A DNA stretch of 64,000 nt from Felis catus (Eukaryota), in contig NC_058383.1 of the NCBI RefSeq assembly GCF_018350175.1, positions 27,778,001 through 27,842,000 on the forward strand, written 5' to 3'. A program made the position numbers and the translations under genes. The notes below the pieces were generated by a model. It was given only the letters and a program-made list of their open reading frames with translations. It did not search any database and was not told the DNA's origin. Below, piece by piece: positions 1-11,478 of this stretch. The first letter of the stretch is position 1. Every line of letters begins with the position of its first letter.

Positions 1-1732
1 AGCTGAGCCCAGGAGGGTGGGGCCATCATCAGTCGGACACCCCTGAGGCTATCAAGAGAGCGTGCCTCACCTCCAGCGAAAAGACAAGGAGACAGGGAGG
101 GAGGGGGGAGGTGGAAAGAGACAGAAAAGAGGAAATTGTGCTCTCATTACAAGATGGTATTTGGAATAACGTAGAAATTCAAAACAAATATTGAACAACT
201 TGCAAACTGCATTTTCCTGGGACTTTTCTCTTGGCTTTTTTGGTTTGTTTGCTTTAATTGAAATCTGCGTGCTTCAGTGAGCTCATGTGACACGCCATGT
301 TCAGTTATTCCAAATGACTGGGGCCACATGATGCTCCATTTCTCGTCAGCTGCAGAGCACATTTTATGTTTCAGGAACTACAGTCCCATCAGTCTGTAAC
401 TATCATATTGCACCGAAATGGCTTTGGCACTCAGGTACAATGGCACTTCCCGAGTGATTGGGAGGGTCGTCCCTGGGTCAAAGATGAGCAGGGATCGGGA
501 AAAGCAGATGGTTCCCTGTGTACCCCCTAGGGAAAAGGACATAAAATTGGACGGGGAAAACCAGCTACAGGAGAACAGAGCACAGCACCCTGGGGCGGGG
601 GGGTCCCCTGACCCTGGAGTTAGAAAAACAGGGGTAAAAAAGCCCAAGAATGTAGCTGGAAAAACTGGGGCAGGGAGGAGACATGAAGTAACCCACTTTA
701 TTTCCGGAGACATTCCAACTAGCCCCTGCCTGTTATATTCTCAAGACTGGAAGCTTGTACCAAATCACCCCCACATGGGGTACGTTGTACTAATTCCCTG
801 AATTCAAATATTAGAGTTTTTTTTTTCCTACCTTACCACAGAGGAAATAATTTTTCTCAAAACAAAAAAACAAGCACAGATTTACTCACAGTGCTAAGAG
901 CGAATACAGAAATTGCTCTATTGATAGACGGCTGGGCCAGTGACCTGATTTACTCCTAGCAACCACCATATAAAGTAGGTGTTATTTCCATTTTACAAAG
1001 CCTGTCATTGCTGAGCCATCAGACCAATGCCAGCAACCACACACCTCTAGACTCTGTGTCACCTGGATTTTTCTGTTACTGTAGGTGAACGCATCTCTAA
1101 CCAATATTGTTATTAGAAGCTGAACCAAAGTAGTAGGTTTTTGTTTTCATTATTGAAATGCTTCAGGGTCTACTGCTTTGGTGTCTCTCCCTTTCTTGCT
1201 GGTTCCAAACCGCATGTAAGTTCTTTGCTGTTGGACTAGAAGACTGAGGGGCAAGTCTGGGCAGTCCCTACATTAGCACCAGTTCGAAATAGCAGCCTAG
1301 AACTCCTCTTTCCTGGTGCTGGGGTGCTGGATTCACTGGAGATGCCCCAAAGCAGCAGCTCCAATGGGAAATAAATGAGTCTGATTTTAGAAGAGACAGG
1401 CCCATCTTCCCTCCTCGCTACCAATGTCATCATATGACCGTAATTCCGAATAATGAGAATAGGCACTTAATACACATTCACCGTAATCAATGCCTCTCAC
1501 CGCAAGCATCCTTCATTTCTCCCATCTCCAATCTGTGTGGAAGAGGGAAATTGCAGTGTAGTATATTCCAGAAACATGCAAAGGCCCTTCAACTGGCCAT
1601 TCCCTCAGTTTTTTTTCAGAACAGGAAGTGAGGAAACTGATGAGCAGTAGCACTGGTGTGTCCTGCCTCTCTCTAGAGTAGGACATACTCTGTCCTGAGC
1701 TCAAGCAGCCTTGATTTAAACTGGTAACAGAA

Positions 1733-2022
1733 GGGGCACCTGGGTGGCTCAGTTGGTTGAGTATCTGACTCTTGATTTCAGCTCAGGTCATGATCTCATG
1801 TTTCCTGCGATTTCAGCTCAGGTCATGATCTCACGGTTCCTGAGATTGAGTCCCACATCAGGCTCTGCACTGACAGCGTGGAGCCTGCTTGGGATTCTCC
1901 TTCTCCCTTTCTCTCTGCCTCTCCCCTCATCCTGCTCTCTCTTCCTCCCTCAAAAAAAACATAATAAATAAACTTAAAAATAAAATAAAATAAAATAAAA
2001 TAAAATAAAATAAAATAAAATA
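1733..2022 (+). mobile_element. CanSINE (SINEC, older felid/carnivore type) with internal 35-bp tandem duplication and (TAAAA)n tail
   Basis: GGGGCACCTGGGTGGCTCAGTTGG head (Pol III A box), CT-rich linker, A-rich tail; imperfect TSD aaactggtaacagaa / aaactggcaacagga. Confidence 0.95.
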
Positions 2023-2211
2023 AAACTGGCAACAGGAGACAGCTTCTCATTGGGCACCTGGGGGAATCATAACAGAGAAGCTCCTGAAATCTGACAATAA
2101 TATTCAGTAGTGTGACCAGGTGCAGTGGGACCCAGATGGCAGGAGGATATATTCCTAGGAGACAGCGGGGAATGAGAGATGGGTCACAGGAGAAAGGATC
2201 ATGGAGGGGAG

Positions 2212-2706
2212 CGTGGTGTGCAGCTTCTGACACGGTCTCTGGGTGACCTCCTCCCTTTTGTGTTCGAGCCAGACCAGGAGATTCGCTGCTGACAAAGAGA
2301 ATGAGGCGAAAGTGATGGGATGTCACCTGTGTGATTAGGTTACAAAAGACTGTGATTTCCATCTTGCTATTATTCTCTCCGGCTCTTCTCACATGCTTGC
2401 TCTGATGGAAAGAGCCACACACTGCAAAGACGTGAGGATGGCCTCTGGCCAAGCCAGCAAGGAACTGAGACTCGGTCTGACAGCCTGTGAGTTTGCTAGA
2501 TCCTATCAAAAACCACCGGGTGGGCTTGGGAGCACAGTCTGCTGCAGCTGACCTTGGGATGATTGAGACCCCAGCCCACATCTTGACTGCAGCCTGTGAG
2601 ATGCCCTGAAGCACAGAATCCAGCTAAGCCATTCCTGGATTCCTCACCTCAAAAACTGTGTTGGTTAAAACTTTGGCCTCATTTGTTGCGCAGCAGGAAT
2701 AATACA
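2212..2706 (+). mobile_element. Solo MaLR LTR (MLT1E/F-like)
   Basis: Recalled MLT1 motifs gatgggatgtcac..gtgattaggttaca, gccagcaaggaactgag, cttgactgcagcctgtgaga, ccagctaagcc..cctggattcct; ends ..aataca. Confidence 0.75.
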
Positions 2707-2744
2707 GGGAGAGAGTCATTCCGATGTTTTAACAGTGGGAAAAA

Positions 2745-2950
2745 GGGGGCATCTGGTGGCTCAGTTGAGTGTATGACTTCAGCTCAGTTCACTATCTCAA
2801 GTTTCATGACTTTAAGCCCTGCATCAGGCTCTCTGCTGTCAGTGTGGAGCCTGCTTCAGATCCTCTGTCTTCCTCTCTGCCCCTCCCCTGCTTACACTCT
2901 CTCTCTCTCTAAAAATAAACATTTTAAAAAATCTTTAAAAAAAAGAAAAA
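2745..2950 (+). mobile_element. CanSINE (older, diverged)
   Basis: ggggcatctggtggctcagttgag head, ctctctgctgtcagtgtggagcctgcttcagatcct body, (CT)n, A tail; TSD-like acagtggga / aaagtggaa. Confidence 0.92.
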
Positions 2951-3189
2951 TAAAAGTGGAAAAAAATAAACACACAATTAAATGTTCCAGTGCTCAGAAC
3001 CTTTCTCTACTTTACATTGTAAAAAGGTTTCTGTTTTGTTCTGTTTGAGGATCTCTCTTTGTTGGTTTAATTTTGTTTTGGAAGTTTTCTCTTTTGTTTC
3101 TTTTTTGCTCTAGAAGCTGCTGACTGAATCTGGGCATTTCCTGTGTTAACCTGGACAATCCAGATCATTGTTACCACCGCTGCCATTTA

Positions 3190-3410
3190 ATCAGAGTTTG
3201 TAATGTGTCAAGCACTGTGCTGAGCTTTTTAAAGTATTATTTCATTAAACCCTCACAACAACCCAGTGAAACAGGTACTGTGGTCACTCCCCCTTTCATA
3301 CACCAGGATGAGGAGATTAGAGATTTACGGTCCTTGCCTGAGTCACTTAAGCAGTTAGCTATAGAGCCAGGGTGCACAGCTAAGAAATGTGACACACAGC
3401 CTGTTCTCCG
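3190..3410 (-). mobile_element. MIR SINE relic
   Basis: tgtgtcaagcactgtgctgagc..cctcacaacaacccagtgaaacaggtact matches the reverse complement of the MIR core/3' end. Confidence 0.75.
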
Positions 3411-4112
3411 CATCACTTAGCCTGGCAGAGCTGAAGAAGGGAGAGGAGGCAGGAAGGCTAGCACGAGGGCAGAGATCCAGAAGGCTGGGGGTCGGGGCCC
3501 CAGAGGCGGAGAAGAGCAGAGACTAGGTTTTCGAAGAGAAAGTTTGGAAAGGGGAGAAGGAAGAAATGAGGGATAAGGGTCACTGCCATGCACTGTGAGG
3601 ACAGTAGGAAATGGAGAGAGGAAATACAGGAAAGAAGAGATAGAGGGGAGAGAAGGAGCAAGAGAGAGAGAAATTGAATAACTGTGCTGTACATTATGCA
3701 CACAATCCCTTTTCAGCATGTGCAAGTGATGTAGTAAAGATTGAAACTACTTTCAAGAGATAGGCACTGCATCAGGATGCTTTCTCGCCCTCTCTGACCC
3801 TTCTTTGTCTCACGTGGATACGAGCTTATTCCTAATGGTTTCCATATCTCCTGCCTCCTCTTCAATACCACGGATGATGCCCCAGGTTCGACCCTCACCT
3901 TCTCTCTCCTGGACTGTGCCAAAATCCTCCTGAAAGACCTTTCTGCATCAACTCTTACCCCTGCAGACTTCTCTTCTAGACTAGTGACTAGACAATCTGT
4001 TTAATTATACAAACCTAATCAGGATGCTTTCACATAATCAATCGACTCCACGCTTCAAACCATGATCTAAAAGACTACCACCACCTCCTGCTTGAACTAC
4101 AGTGACCATTTC

Positions 4113-4318
4113 TTTTTTTTTAATGTTTGTTTGTTTGTTTGTTTGTTTGTTTATTTATTTATTTATTTATTTTTGAAAGAGAGAGAGAGAGAGCACAAGT
4201 GGAGGAGTGGAAGAGAGAGAGAGAATCAGAAGCAGGCTCTAGGCTTGAACTCACAAACTGAGATCATGACCTGAGCTGAAGTCAGATGCTCAACTTTTAT
4301 GAGCCATCCAGGCACCCC
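4113..4318 (-). mobile_element. CanSINE with internal deletion
   Basis: Reverse-complement head ..gagccatccaggcacccc, (GA)n, (TTTG)n(TTTA)n tail; perfect 15-bp TSD tacagtgaccatttc at 4098-4112 and 4319-4333. Confidence 0.96.
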
Positions 4319-4502
4319 TACAGTGACCATTTCCAGGTGGAATAAAAAAGAAGTAAGTCCTCTCTCAATTCCTGACCCCTGGGATCTCACACCCCCCAAC
4401 CAAGAGAAAACCATATTTCCAGAGATGTGGGAGGTGTATAGAATTATGTGTAGGAGGATTAAACTCCACCCACTACAACTCACGTAAAAAATGCAGCAAG
4501 TA

Positions 4503-4704
4503 GGGGCGCCTGGGTGGCTCAGTCGGTTAAGCGGCCGACTTCGGCTCGGGTCACGGTCTCGCGGTCTGTGAGTTCGAGCCCCGCGTCGGGCTCTGTGCTG
4601 ACAGCTCAGAGCCTGGAGCCTGTTTCGGATGCTGTGTCTCCCTCTCTCTCTGACCCTCCCCCATTCATGCTCTATCTCTCTCTGTCTCAAAAATAAACAT
4701 TAAA
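4503..4704 (+). mobile_element. Young felid SINE (SINEC_Fc-like)
   Basis: Intact A box tggctcagtcgg and B box gagttcgagcc, many CpGs retained; TSD aaaaaatgcagcaagta on both sides. Confidence 0.97.
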
Positions 4705-5395
4705 AAAAAAATGCAGCAAGTACAATCAACTGATCTCCGACAAAGGAGCAAAGGCAAAACGACACAAAGACAGTCCCTTCAACACATGGTGCTAGAACAA
4801 ACAAGTGGACACGAAAAAAATATGGGTCTAGACACAGACCTTCACAAAAATTAACTCAAAATGGATCGTAGATCTAAAAGTACAATGCAAAACCATAAAA
4901 CTTGTAGAGGATAACCTAGCTGACCTTGGGATGGTGATGCCTCTTTAGATACAACACCAAAGACATGATCAGTGAAAAAAATAATTGATAAGCTGGACTT
5001 CATGAAAATTCAAAAATGCTCTGAGAAAGGCAAGCCACAGACTGGGAGAAAACATTTACAAAAGATGTATTTGATGGACTGTCATCTAAGATATACAAAG
5101 AACTCTTAAAATTCAACAATAAGAAAACAAACTACCACTTTTTTAAAAAGGCCAAAGACCTTGACAGACACCTCACCAAAAAAGACATATAGATGCCCCA
5201 CAGCACACAGCATCAAGGAAAATACAAATTAAAGTAACAATGAGATATTATACACACCAGTTACAATGACCAAAATCTGGAACACTGACAACAGCAAATT
5301 CTGGCTGCTGGATATGGAGCAAAAGGAATGTTCATTCTGTGTTGATGGGAATGCAAAACGGTACGGCCACTTTGGAAGACAGTCTAGTGGTTTCC

Positions 5396-5943
5396 TTTTT
5401 TTTTTTTTAAGTATAATTAACATACATTGTTGTATTAGTTTCAGGTGTATACCACGTTGATCCAACAATTCTCTGCATCACTCAATGCTCACCGTGGTAC
5501 ATGTAGCCACCATGCATCACCATACAATGCTATTACAATATTACTGACTTTACTGTCTACATTGTACTTTTCATCTCCATGATTTGCTTATTTTATAACT
5601 GGAAGTTTGTACCTCTTAATCTCCTTTATCTATTTCACCCATCCTCACACCCACCCACCCCCAATTTGTTCTCTGTATCTAAGACTCTGTTTGGTTGTTG
5701 TTGTTTATTTGTTCATTTGTTTTGTTTTTTAGATTCCACATGAGTGGAATCATATGGTATTTGTCTTGCTCTGTCTCACTTATTTCACTTACCATAACAT
5801 CCTGTAGGTCTTGTCGCAAATGACAAGATTTCATTCTTTTTAACAGATGAGTAATATTCCATTGTATATGCCACATCTTCATTATCCATTCTTCTGTGGA
5901 TGGACGCTTGGGTTGCTTTCATATTTTGGCTATTGTAAATAAT
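5396..5943 (-). mobile_element. Carnivore LINE-1 (L1_Carn-like) 3' fragment nested antisense in the older L1
   Basis: Poly-T, then tagtttcaggtgta.. and ttttagattccacat..atcatatggtatttgtctt; TSD tctagtggtttc (5383-5394) / tctggtggtttc (5944-5955). Confidence 0.9.
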
Positions 5944-6345
5944 TCTGGTGGTTTCTAACAAAACGAAACTTACTCTTACCATATGATCCAGCCATCTAGT
6001 TCTTTGGTATTTACTCAAAGGACTTAAAAAGTTAAATCCGCACAAAAATGTGCACACAGATGTTTATAGCAGCTTTTCCTATAATTGCCAAAACTTAGAA
6101 ACAACTAAGATGTCCTTCAGTAGGTGAATGAATAAATAACCTGTGGTATATCCAGACAATGGAATGCTATTAAGCACTAAAAATCAATGAGCTATTAAGC
6201 CATGAAAAAACATGGAGGAATCTTAAATGCATATTACTAAAATGAAAGAAGCCAATCTGAAAAGGCTACATACTGTGTGATTGCAACTATATGACATTCT
6301 GGAAAAGGCAAATCTATGAAAAGGACCAAAAGATCCATAGTTGTC

Positions 6346-6372
6346 GGGGGGGGGGGGGGGGGGCGGGGGGGG
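6346..6372 (+). repeat. Poly-G tract G18-C-G8 inside the L1 3' UTR
   Basis: Directly visible. Confidence 0.95.
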
Positions 6373-7922
6373 TCGATGAGAAGGGTGAACAGACAGACCA
6401 GAGAGGACATTTGGGGCAGTGAAAATACTCTGTATGATATTATAATGATAAATAAATGTCATTATAAATTTGCCCAAACCCATAGAATGTACAATACCAA
6501 CAGTGAACTCCAAGGTAAACTACAGACTTTGGGTGACTGTGACATAGTTTCATCCTTGGTAACCAATGTACCACTGTGGTGAGTGATGTTGATAATGACA
6601 AAGGCTAGACATGTGTGGGAGTAGAGGAAAAAGAGAAAATCTCTGTGTCTTCCTCTCAACTTTGCTGTGAACCTAAAACTGCTCTTAAAAAAAATCTTAA
6701 AACTAGCAAACTCCAGATTCCCTGATTTCATCTTACAGCCCTGCTCCACTAGGTAGTGTGGAAAACACTAAACATGTCAATTGTTTACATCTGCAACTTA
6801 GGAAGTTTCAGTCTTGAGTGGGCTCACACTTTTTAGGAGAAATATTCAATCGAAGATGAAGGCCAAACTCTACATTAGGACTGTTTCTCTTTTCCACAAG
6901 ATGTCACACGCATGTAGGAAAAAATATATGCATTCTCAGAGGAAGAGAAGAAGGAAGTCTCAGGTCACCGGACACCCTTGGGGCTGGTCCCTGCAACAAT
7001 TTGACTGGACTGGTCTGTCCCCAGTATCTCCAGAAAGGATGGCGGGTCTCTCTTGATGTTGGAGGTACCATACTGGGACCTACTTCTCCTTCTGGCCATT
7101 TGCCTCTTAATTCAAAGTCCCTGCCTTCTGAGACCTCCTTGCTCTAACCCCAGGTGGTCCACAGTCTCTCTCAGGCATCTCCACACCACCCTGCAAACCT
7201 CTGGACACAGGCTGCAGGGAACTCATGCCACATTTCTCCTTCACTGTTTTTCTACCAAATTAAAAAGCCATGGCTGTAACAATATTCGCTCTGCACTGGA
7301 GGAAATCAGGAGCGCGAGCCACCATGTTCTGAAAGGCCCCCAGACTTATCTTCCTGTGTCTAACACTATCTCCCATGTGTCCATCGTGGAGTGGGCGCTG
7401 GAGACACACACGCCCTTCTCCTTGCCGCTGGCTCTGCCACTGCTCTGGGACCAGAGGGGCTTCCCCCGGCACTTCCACCAAGCAGAACACACGCCCTGTC
7501 CTGCGACTGCTCTCAGCCGGCCAGGCTCGTACCTTGGTGCATAAAAATGCCTTTTAGAATTTAGAAAGAAAGGACAAACAAACAGATGCACAAAAACCTT
7601 TCTCTCTTCATAAAATTTTGCTTCGAAGATTATCTTCTCGCTAGTTACTGGGGAAAAATAAGTAAGTCATCTTTGAGATTCAAGGTTGAATCATGACCTC
7701 TTTGTTCCATTCCGTGTGGCTCTCTCCTTCTCTGGAGCAATCAGCTATGGCTGAGCTTTCATAACCCGAGGAATGCCGTGAGGAACAAACCTGGCTTCTA
7801 AGGGAATAATTAATCACCAAGCAGTATTTCAAAAACACTACACCCATCATAATTTGGTGTGTGTAGGTATATGTGTATGTGCTGTGTGCATATTTCTACG
7901 TAAGTGCCAACATGTTCTACAA

Positions 7923-8241
7923 CCAGGAGTGTGCAAACCATGGCCTGCAGGCCAAATCCAGCTGCCTCCAGTTTCTTGTATTGCCAACATGTCAAAAATT
8001 ATTTTTACATTTGTTAATGGTTGGGGGGTGGGGGAAAAACAACAGAAGAAGAATATTTTGTGACGTACAAAAAATTATGAAATTCAAATTTCAGTATGCA
8101 TAATGTGTAATTGGAACACACGCCTGGTCCTTTATGTAATGTCTCTGGCTGTTTTCACATGACACGAGCAGAGACCATACAAACCACAGAGCCTACGAAG
8201 GTTACTATCCAGCCTTTTAAGAAAAACTTTGCCAACCCCTT
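7923..8241 (-). mobile_element. hAT-Charlie non-autonomous element, MER58B-like
   Basis: Ends caggagtgtgcaaacc.. and ..aaactttgccaacccct (degenerate TIRs); internal aattatgaaattcaaatttcagt. Confidence 0.85.
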
Positions 8242-8365
8242 TTCCATACCGTTCGCTTACTCTGTTTTTTCATCTTAAACATATCTTGATAATCATCCTA
8301 TATAGAAGGGAATGAATTCCATATCAAATATGAATTCCACCCATACATTAGATCTACTTAATTCC

Positions 8366-8587
8366 TTTTTTAAATGTTTATTTATTTACTTTTGAGAAAG
8401 AGACAGAGAGAAAGAGAGAGGCTGTGCATGAGCAGGGGAGGGGCAGAGAGAGAGAGAGGGAGACACAGAATCCAAAGCTGGCTCCAGGCTCTGAGCTGTC
8501 AGTGCAGAGCCTGATGCGGGGCTCAAACTCATATCATGACCTAAGCTGAAGTCAGACGCTTAACTGACTGAGCCACCAAGGTGCCCC
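8366..8587 (-). mobile_element. CanSINE
   Basis: Reverse-complement SINEC body (ggctccaggctctgagctgtcagtgcagagcc) and head ..gagccaccaaggtgcccc. Confidence 0.95.
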
Positions 8588-9912
8588 TGCTTCATTCTTT
8601 TTGGAGGCTTTTCCCAGAATTTTCCTGTTACCAACACTGCCACAGGGAATATCCTTGGATTTTTGGCTTTCTGTATATAATATGCCACACCTGTCTCCAT
8701 ATTCCTCTCCCTCCAAGACCATGAGCAACCCCTAAAAAAGGCAACCTTTTCTACTTCTGGTCCCAGAGTAAAACTAAATAAAAACATGAATTGGTTGATC
8801 ACAACACGTCTGGTTCTAAATGTAAGATGAAAACAGACTTGGCACTCTCACCAGAAGGTGAACGTGGTTCAGACAAAGGGATTTCAACTTCTGCAAATCC
8901 ACGTCCTGTAGTAAGGAGATCTACCTTCCACACCACTCTTTGTATGCATAAATGTCTGCTCTGCCTCCGTGTTTCTTAGCAATTTGACTTATGTTTAGCA
9001 GCCATACCCCAAGATAGCATATTCCTCTGTGACAAGATTTAATTAAACTTCCAGCAAAATAATTAGCAAGGCTATCTTAAAAGACTGTTTTAAAATACCA
9101 GAGTGATACCAAGGAGCAAATAGAGTTAACACTGTCATCAGAGATCAAAGCCATCCAAAGACGTGACTGAAAATTTAACCTCCAGCAGCCGACTAATGAA
9201 GAAGTACACACTGGAGCAGTTGTGATATCTTCCCTCTCGGGTCCCATCAACAAATTCATTTGACATGGAAAATTTCCCAGAGGAAGCTTAAAAATGGTAA
9301 ATTTCCATTAATTACATAGCAAAGAATGTTCTCCTCATAATTTATGATCCATTAGGAAACTTTGGGGGAAGCTATAATGTCCTCTTATTATACAGACTAT
9401 CCTTTACCTGGGGAGTCCAATGCAAAAGCTCAGGAAGGAAGGAGGGAGACACTTGGTAAAACTATCTTGACCGTGACGGGTGGACACGACTATCTTGGCA
9501 ATGAGTCCTGTGGTGAAGTGACAGTGGGGGCGGTGATGGAATGAGGACATTCAACAAACCCAGCTAAAAATTCAGGACCTGCTACATTCTCCCGGGATTC
9601 TTGGGGGAGAACGGGGAAAGGTCAGGGGATATGAAGTCAGGAGACTTAGGTGTGAGCTTCTGTCCTACCGCTTGGTCACTCTGCGGTCACAAGAAAGTCT
9701 TTTGTCATCTTTAAGCCTCACTGTTCACCTGTACAATGGGTATCTGACTCTCCTCCTTACCTATTTTTCACAGTTGTGGGAATACTAGGAGATGTTGTTA
9801 ATACTCAGTTTGATGTGGGAAAAGTGATTCTATCAGAATCCCGTTCTTACTTATCTTTTTCACTGTCTTCCATGAACAGATCTACCCCAAGAGATCTAAA
9901 AGTAGAATAACA

Positions 9913-10132
9913 GGGTTGCCTGGGCGGCTCAGTTGGTTGGACGTCCGACTCTTGATTTTGGCTCAGGTCACGATCTCACAGTTAGTGGGTTCGAGCCTCA
10001 CATCAGAATCTACATGGACAACGTGGAGCCTGCTTGGGATTCTGTCTCTTTCTCTCTCTCTGTCCCTCTCCCTTGGGCTCTTTGCATCTTTCTCAAAAAT
10101 ACAAAATAAAAATAAATTTTAAAAAACTTTAT
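9913..10132 (+). mobile_element. CanSINE
   Basis: Head gggttgcctgggcggctcagttgg; TSD aaagtagaataaca at 9899-9912 and 10133-10146. Confidence 0.95.
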
Positions 10133-10784
10133 AAAGTAGAATAACAAAGGTCAGATTCTGTTTATTTTGCAATTAACACAGGTACGTGGGAACTCTTTTT
10201 TCTCTTTTTTGGGTCCAGAGTGGAAGAGTGTGCCTTATTTTTATCTCTCCATGTTGGGAATATGCATACAAAGGTTTATTTACTCTTTGGAGATGTAGGG
10301 TGAACTGCTTTCCAAACGGTAGTGACCAATTATTGCTCTTGTGCATTTCTTAAGTAATCAGAAGACCCTGATTATTATTATCCCAGACAAGAAATATTAA
10401 TGCCCAATATTTAAGCACCCATCATATGCCAAGCATGGCACTAAGCGCCTTTGAAGCTTGTGCAATGATCACCCCCATTTTATGAATGAGGAAGGTGAGA
10501 GTATAGGTATCTTTCTAGGTCTGCAACTTTTGAGAAATTTCCTCTGCCTCTCACATCTTCATGTCTCTCCAGGCCCCTCAAAATCACCACCACCCTTCTA
10601 GCCAGTGTCAGCCTCACCATTAGTCAATGGTCACCAGATCCTGCACCTCCATTCCTCACCTTCCAAATCGCAGGGACACGCAACTTAATGAGCGTTTCAA
10701 CAGTTCAATGGACCAGTGCATGTAATGGACCTAGCCTGCTGCCCAAAGCCCATTGACTGGTTAGCAAATGGTGGCTGCAACACA

Positions 10785-11010
10785 GCCTGGTGGGTTCAAC
10801 ACAGGGGCTCAGGGGTCCAAGCTCTTGGCTGCAACCCTGGCTCCTCCACTTATAAAAAGGGACACCTCACCCAACATGCCTCATTTCTCCAAGACCCAAT
10901 TTCATCTCGGGGATAATAATACCTCCCTTCATTGGGTTGTTGTGAGCATTAAATGAATTGCATACATATAGTGTGCTTAGGACGCTGTCTGGCCCCATAA
11001 ACATTCCATA
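10785..11010 (+). mobile_element. MIR SINE relic
   Basis: ggggataataatacctcccttcattgggttgttgtgagcattaaatga..tgcttaggacgctgtctggc matches the MIR core/3' end. Confidence 0.8.
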
Positions 11011-11251
11011 CATACAACTCCCACTACTGTTGTTATTTCCTGACAATGCAAAGCTTCTATTAAGTGAGTCTTCTCTGTCTCCCCACCCCTCCCCTGCACT
11101 CGCCCCCATGCTGTGCTTAAGCCAGATAAACCAAATTAACCTTAGGAAATGTATTACCTTTAAATCTTGATTGCACACATGCCCCCTCCCCTGACAAGAC
11201 TCTCTCATCTTCTCAATTCCTCTGTTAATTCTTCTGCTGATTATTTCTCTT

Positions 11252-11478
11252 TTTTTTTTTTAATTTTTTTTTCAACGTTTTCATTTATTTTTGGGACCCA
11301 GAGAGACAGAGCATGAACGGGGGGAGGGGCAGAGAGAGAGGGAGACACAGAATCGGAAACAGGCTCCAGGCTCTGAGCCATCAGCCCAGAGCCCGACGCG
11401 GGGCTTGAACTCACGGACCGCGAGATCGTGACCTGGCTGAAGTCGGACGCTTAACCGACTGCGCCACCCAGGCGCCCC
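11252..11478 (-). mobile_element. Very young Felis-type SINE (SINEC_Fc)
   Basis: CpG-rich, diagnostic gagccatcagcccagagcccgacgcg..gtgacctggctgaagtcggacg; TSD tgattatttctctt at 11238-11251 and 11480-11493. Confidence 0.97.

Larger units (their letters stand above)
4723..6693 (+). mobile_element. 5'-truncated ancient LINE-1 (L1MC-like): ORF2 3' remnant plus 3' UTR, interrupted at 5396-5943
   Basis: Start translates NQLISDKGAK..KDSPFNTWC (L1 ORF2 NQLIFDKGAK..KDSLFNKWC-like); L1MC-type 3' UTR ending ..aacctaaaactgctcttaaaaaaaa; frameshifts and stops. Confidence 0.9.

Noticed and set aside
375..392. ZNF143-associated ACTACAnnTCCCA-like motif (aactacagtcccatc)
   Set aside because: Spacing is one base short and there is no CpG-island promoter context
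1823..2614. 263-aa minus-strand ORF
   Set aside because: Reads through an MLT1 LTR, a (TTTTA)n tail and a SINE, so it is a chance ORF
4514..4696. Recurrent MAQSV.. peptides (also 1744, 17047, 25024, 41577, 60465 and others) that look like a gene family
   Set aside because: All are translations of CanSINE copies
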